Below, piece after piece: positions 59,147 through 64,000 of a stretch of 64,000 bases of DNA. The notes under the pieces were generated by a model. That model did not search any database. It had not been told where the DNA came from and saw only the letters and a program-made list of their open reading frames with translations. Made by a program: the position numbers and the translations under genes. Origin of the DNA: Pelagomonas calceolata (Eukaryota); the NCBI GenBank assembly GCA_918797485.1, contig CAKKNE010000004.1, forward strand, positions 1,488,001 to 1,552,000, read 5' to 3'. The number at the start of each line of letters is the position of its first letter. Positions within the stretch are counted from its first letter, which is position 1.

Positions 59147-61720
59147 ATGGCAGTCTTGGTTGACTGTATCGTCACCGTGAATGAGGTATGCCTCTCTCCC
59201 CAAATGGACATTCTTGCGCTCCTTACACTGGACGGTACCTTAATGGTCAACCGCACGACATCCTGGCAGTGCCTTTTAGCACCCACGGATGCTGTTGCTG
59301 CAGGAGCAATCAGTGCTTTGTGCTGGTCTCCTGATGGTCGGCAGCTGGCATTGGGACATCGCCGGGGCGGGCTGTCCATCCTTGATGTAGAGGCGGGGGC
59401 GTTAGTATCCCGCACATGCTACAGTGACCATATGGTTCACAACAGTTGCATCTCGCTCATGTTTTGGGCGCGACAAGTCACTGCTAAAGGCACAGGTGTT
59501 CCTGTTGGCGTCTGTGTCACTTACTGTACATATCAGTTGACTTGTGGCATTCCAATAGGTGGGCTATCGAGGCCACGTCGAACAGCACCTAACTGCAGCA
59601 AGGCACCCATACTTCAGCGCCCGCGACTGCGAGTCAGATGGCCCAATTCCACTCACTCTACTTGTCACCGGCGATGATGCGGGGGCTATCATTTTATCTA
59701 TAAATGGGCTTTTTCCTATAGTGCGAATGCAATTATCCGGCCCTGCCGCTGTTGCTGTTACTTGCTGCACATCGGGGGACCTTCGAACCCTCTATATGTG
59801 GGTGCAGACTGTGGATGGCCCAAAGCTTGAATCTTATGAGTTGGGATTCCTCGCCACAGATCAGACTGAGGTATTCGTTTATGGCATAGCCAAATCATTC
59901 TTTAAACCAGGTTTTGCCATTGATTGAAACTTATTTGAAGGCTTGTGTGCTTCTCCAAACAGCAGAAAAGGCTCGTGAAACAGCCTCGAAGGCATGGGAC
60001 GATGCTCTCTTACCTCTGGACCGCAAGCTTGCTCTGTATACTAGCGATCTCAGACAATGGTCTGCAGGTAAAACAGGGCCATGTCCATCAGCAAGAGCCG
60101 AATTCCTTGCCTTGGTAAAAAGTTACTAGCTATGCGCCCTTCAGCATGTTTATTTTAGGTCAGGCGTGGTGTGGCTGGATCAGCGACTGCACACTTTCTT
60201 GAAGACATTTTAGTAGAGCCATCACTCAGTCGGATGCACAATGCTGTGGAGACAGCTGCAAATTCAGTGGAATCCATTTTGAGCAACAGACTACTGGCCT
60301 CATCGCGACTATTGTGTCACTATGCTGGAGAACTCGTCGCCTCTTGTCGCCTTGGTTATGCTGGGTTCGAACCCAATCAAGTCGGCCTTAACTTGGGGTT
60401 GTGTCGAAAGTTGCTGTCAACCGCCGAGGGCTTGGTGCTCGCTACTCAGGATGTTGTCTCTAGCATTCGGAGGGCGCACTTGGCCCTTTCTGGGCTGTTC
60501 CGATGGTTCAAGATTATTCACACGATGGGTACAACCATGAAGAAGACCTTTCACGCAAGTGAGAGGGCTGATATTGTCAAGCTACAACTGAAATTCCAGG
60601 ATCAACAAGATATGGCAACTCTTCTTGAAACCAGACCTGTGGATGATCTCGGCATATTGTCGAAAACAGAAGAGCTCCTGGGATGCAGTCTAAAAGATTC
60701 TCTTAATAACTCTGTAACAAAACAAGTAGGGGAATCTGGGGACACTATTTGCAGATCACCTGACTATTCCGACCCAAAAGACGTTGCTACTGCAATTCGA
60801 GCCGTCCTTGAAACAGAAAGGTTGGAAGAGGCGAATTTGTCTGGTGTAGATTCACCGCCCTCCGGAACACTTCCTTTTTTAAATTCGACTAGTTCCCATG
60901 CTGTGGATGTGAGCGATGATGACAGCTCTGTTGTCATCCACAAGTGGCTTGGGGCTGTGAGCTTCCAGAGTGTGAAGATCCATTTTTACTATGTTATTGT
61001 TATTTTATATTGCAGGTTGGTGTGGCCATGGATAAGGTCTTTGAAGAGACACGGTCCCGTCTAGCAACAACGGTGAGAGCTATTTCATCCACCGAGTTCC
61101 CAGCAGAAGTGCTCAATGATGGACGCCACCAACGTCGATGCAGCTTTACTGCCCACATTCCTGATATTTGTGACAAGTCAATGGCGACAGCGGCTGACCA
61201 TGATAGTCTAGAGGGCGTGTCTGCACTAATTCAGGCAAATTCCCGAACACTATGGTTACTGAAATCGAAGCATCACGATAGCATCCGATTTTGGGTTGGC
61301 CTTAGAACTTCCAACGACATAAGTATTGTGCAGGCGCAATTCTATGCTAGTGAGCAGGGGAATTTTTCCAAGAACGCTCATCGAATTGCAGTGCTCACAA
61401 GACGGCGTGAACATGTGGATGAGATTTGGCTCATTGACGGAAAATCTATGCTTGACCAGTATGGCGCACAACAAAGCAGTTTTCAGTCAAAGGCACTGTG
61501 TCTGGTAAAAAATGTTGCAAACTGGTCCTATGCCCTTCACCATTCAGCTCCAATCAGATGCTTGCAATCAAATGATATTAGAAAGTTTAGTCTTTTCAGG
61601 CCACGCTCGTGCCATTTTTGTGTTTCTGGATGCCGGGGCGTTGCCTGCGTCCTCGCAGATCCGAGCTTCCTTACCCTTTATGACCTCGAGGATCAACAAT
61701 CAGATAGCGCAGAAAACTAA
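59147..61720 (+). CDS. ANAPC4: Anaphase-promoting complex subunit 4-like, 4 introns
   Basis: SPQMDILAL, ALCWSPDGRQLALG..G...ILDVE.G (ANAPC4 WD40), LLVTGDDAG.I.LSINGLFPI, helical middle and C-terminal VSGCRGVACVL...YDLE. Confidence 0.8.
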
Positions 61721-62261
61721 TCCGGTGATGTGAGGATGGTGTTACAAAGGTGTAGTGCCAGTGTAAGAACTGGCAAGTAGGGACTCGGCTACTTGCAGGG
61801 CCGCGGCGCATCTTAGTTCGCTGGTGCAATTATCAAGGCACAACGGCGATGGTTAGGCCATGGTCTGGCGCCGGGGCGTGATCAAAGATTTTCTCTGGTC
61901 CGGCAACACAACAGGACTTTCTGTTGCAGTCTAAGGTAGGTGCATGTGAGTGAGGGGGGTTCCGAGGGTCCGGCTTGACTTCACTTGCGGTCTCTGCGAA
62001 TGACGCAAATTCGAAGGGTAGTACGAACCCTCGGAATTAAAGCGGCTAAGACAGTCCGCCCGAGTGCCACCACCCTGGGCCTTAAGAATGATACACTATC
62101 TAGTTTCGTGAACGGCCCAGGCCCAAGTCCAGGCCCGGATGTATGTGAAAACAGATAGGAAGGGTATAAGGATAGGGGATAGGGGGTACCTACCGTGGCG
62201 GTATTAAATCACACTTACCCTTTTTATACTACAAGTAAGGGTCACGGTAAGCACTTAAAGT

Positions 62262-62810
62262 TGCGAATGTGCAAGACCAAAGGAGTACGCACCTTTGGGA
62301 GTACGGCGGCTGAGATAGTCTGCCGCGGAGCTACCTTAAATACACTAAGTAGTTTTGGTTTTAACTGTGTTTATTACGCGTTGCGTGTTGAAGGGTGATG
62401 TAAGTGTATAGGAAGGGTATAGGATAGGGGGGGGGGTATTTCGCCCTATTTATCGCACTCCCCCTTTTCATGAGGGTAAGCTCTTGTTTCCCTTAGGAGA
62501 ATATGGGGTGAAACTTGAAATTGTCCTCCATCCTTTTCGTTCGTTTCATTGAACTGTGCATTTTGGTATATATCATCAGGTAGCACATGGGCATTTGCCT
62601 CTCAATGAATACACTTAATCCTCCACGTAAGAATTGGTAGAGTGTTCTGTAGGTTGGTTTGTGGTGGTCGTAGTTCGTGATAATGTAGCGTTGAGATGTC
62701 GAATGATTATGTCAAATTCCTTAGTCGTCATACCCGCTGGGTTGCCGGCAGCTGCGCGCTGTTGGCTTACCGTTTTCTTCAATTTCCATTGCACCATTGG
62801 CAACTTGAAG
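62262..62810 (-). mobile_element. Copia-type family B, 3' fragment: LTR 62262-62457, PPT 62458-62468, degraded pol end
   Basis: LTR nearly identical to 29493-29686; minus-strand AAAAGGGGGAG abuts TGCG; upstream GNPAGMTTK resembles the Copia RNase H (N.AD..TK) motif. Confidence 0.75.
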
Positions 62811-63474
62811 TTGTCTCTTGGCTTTCAAGTTATGAAAAGTACCAGTCTATCCTGGTCCTTCGTCTATCGAAATGTGCGTTGTGGCAATGAATGGACAATT
62901 GACGCGCTCAGGCTAAAGCATAAAATTTTGATTTCCGATGTAAGTTCAAGTTCAACTTGACTCGGAAGTGGGGAACTTGAGTTTGATTTGTTCCTAGTAG
63001 TCTGTCCAGTCGCAGAATTGGATTCAGCGGCTGATTCGGCAGCTGATTGATTTCCGGACAATGCCAGTGGTACATTGTCAATGCTGCCTGCCAGTGCCAG
63101 TGCACGACCGGCGTGACCGTGACCGCCGTGACGCTGCTGCACGTATCTGCCATCTTTGTTGAAATGTATAGGAATTTCGAGCAGTGAATTCTCCGGGATT
63201 AATCTTGCTGTCGTCACGGCGCTGTTGGTATTATCATTTGGTTATGCCTAAGACTCGAGCCGCTGACGCCGCTGGTACCAGGTACCGTAGGTACGTTAAC
63301 GTGCGAGTGATACAAGGCCGGCAGCTGATAGTTTATGACACCAGGGCTGGAGTGGGAGGCTCAGAGTTGGTGAGAATATCACGTCGTATCGGAAAAATGC
63401 CGGAATAATGGGACAAACAAAGATAAAAAACCAGATAAGCACGTGATGGAAATTAGAGAAGCCAAGTGAAGTCA

Positions 63475-64000
63475 ATGTTGGGTCAGCTCAAAGCTACGTT
63501 TCGCTCAGCGCCACAGCATGATGATGAGCCTGAGGTTGAGTCGATTCTGAAGAAATCACGCTTCAATTTTTACCAGGAGTACGTCGAAGGGGTGCAACGA
63601 AGGAAGATGGAAGAAATGAAAAATGACTCAATCCTACAGGAACGGCTCACCCAAGCAACCGAGCGTGACTTGATGGAGAGTGAAGAGCAACTTTCTTGGA
63701 ATGCATATGAACTACCTTTGCGCAACCGAATGCGATTGATCAAACGACATTTGGACACACAACGTCAAGCTAAGGAAACACGGCTTCGACGTCTCAAGGA
63801 TGAAGTTCGACTGAAGGAGGAGGGTTTCACATACCACAATGGCGTCTTGAAGGAGTTTTCGCGATGGCGGGACTCACCAGCGTTGTTCCGCTACTACCAC
63901 GGACACAAGGGCCAGGTCTATGCTTTCAAAATGTCCGAGTCACTAGACTGCTTCCTCTCTGCGTCGGCGGACACAACCCTTAAGCTCTGGGATTTCACTA
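63475..64000 (+). CDS. WD40-repeat protein, 3'-partial
   Basis: Open frame from ATG 63475 to the window end: coiled-coil region, then YHGHKGQVYAFKMSESLDCFLSASADTTLKLWDF. Confidence 0.75.
   Translation, partial: MLGQLKATFRSAPQHDDEPEVESILKKSRFNFYQEYVEGVQRRKMEEMKNDSILQERLTQATERDLMESEEQLSWNAYELPLRNRMRLIKRHLDTQRQAKETRLRRLKDEVRLKEEGFTYHNGVLKEFSRWRDSPALFRYYHGHKGQVYAFKMSESLDCFLSASADTTLKLWDFT

Overview
Eukaryotic nuclear DNA, most consistent with a flagellated stramenopile alga (pelagophyte-like; inferred from gene content, GC level and intron style, not proven). The first ~10.2 kb is extremely GC-rich (cNMP-binding protein, HSP60, mL41, HEAT/ARM protein, IFT81). After an abrupt step the coding DNA is ~45-50% GC by eye and is rich in ciliary genes (TCTEX1D2, DRC3, IFT70, MORN, B9D1, DNAI1) and trafficking or cell-cycle genes (SEC12, AP1G, VPS18-like, APC4). 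Intergenic DNA carries Copia-type LTR elements with a half-tRNA-iMet primer site, LINE 3' fragments, MITE-like elements and dispersed repeats. Two patterns stand out. (1) All ~38 introns I could reconstruct are short, have a degenerate GT/GC donor and are followed by an exonic G (AG|G, usually AG|GY), and upstream AG|non-G sites are skipped. (2) Intergenic tracts are built from a small vocabulary of 6-8 nt words, which comparison of repeat copies shows were inserted into pre-existing sequence. All gene models and introns are manual reconstructions without expression data.
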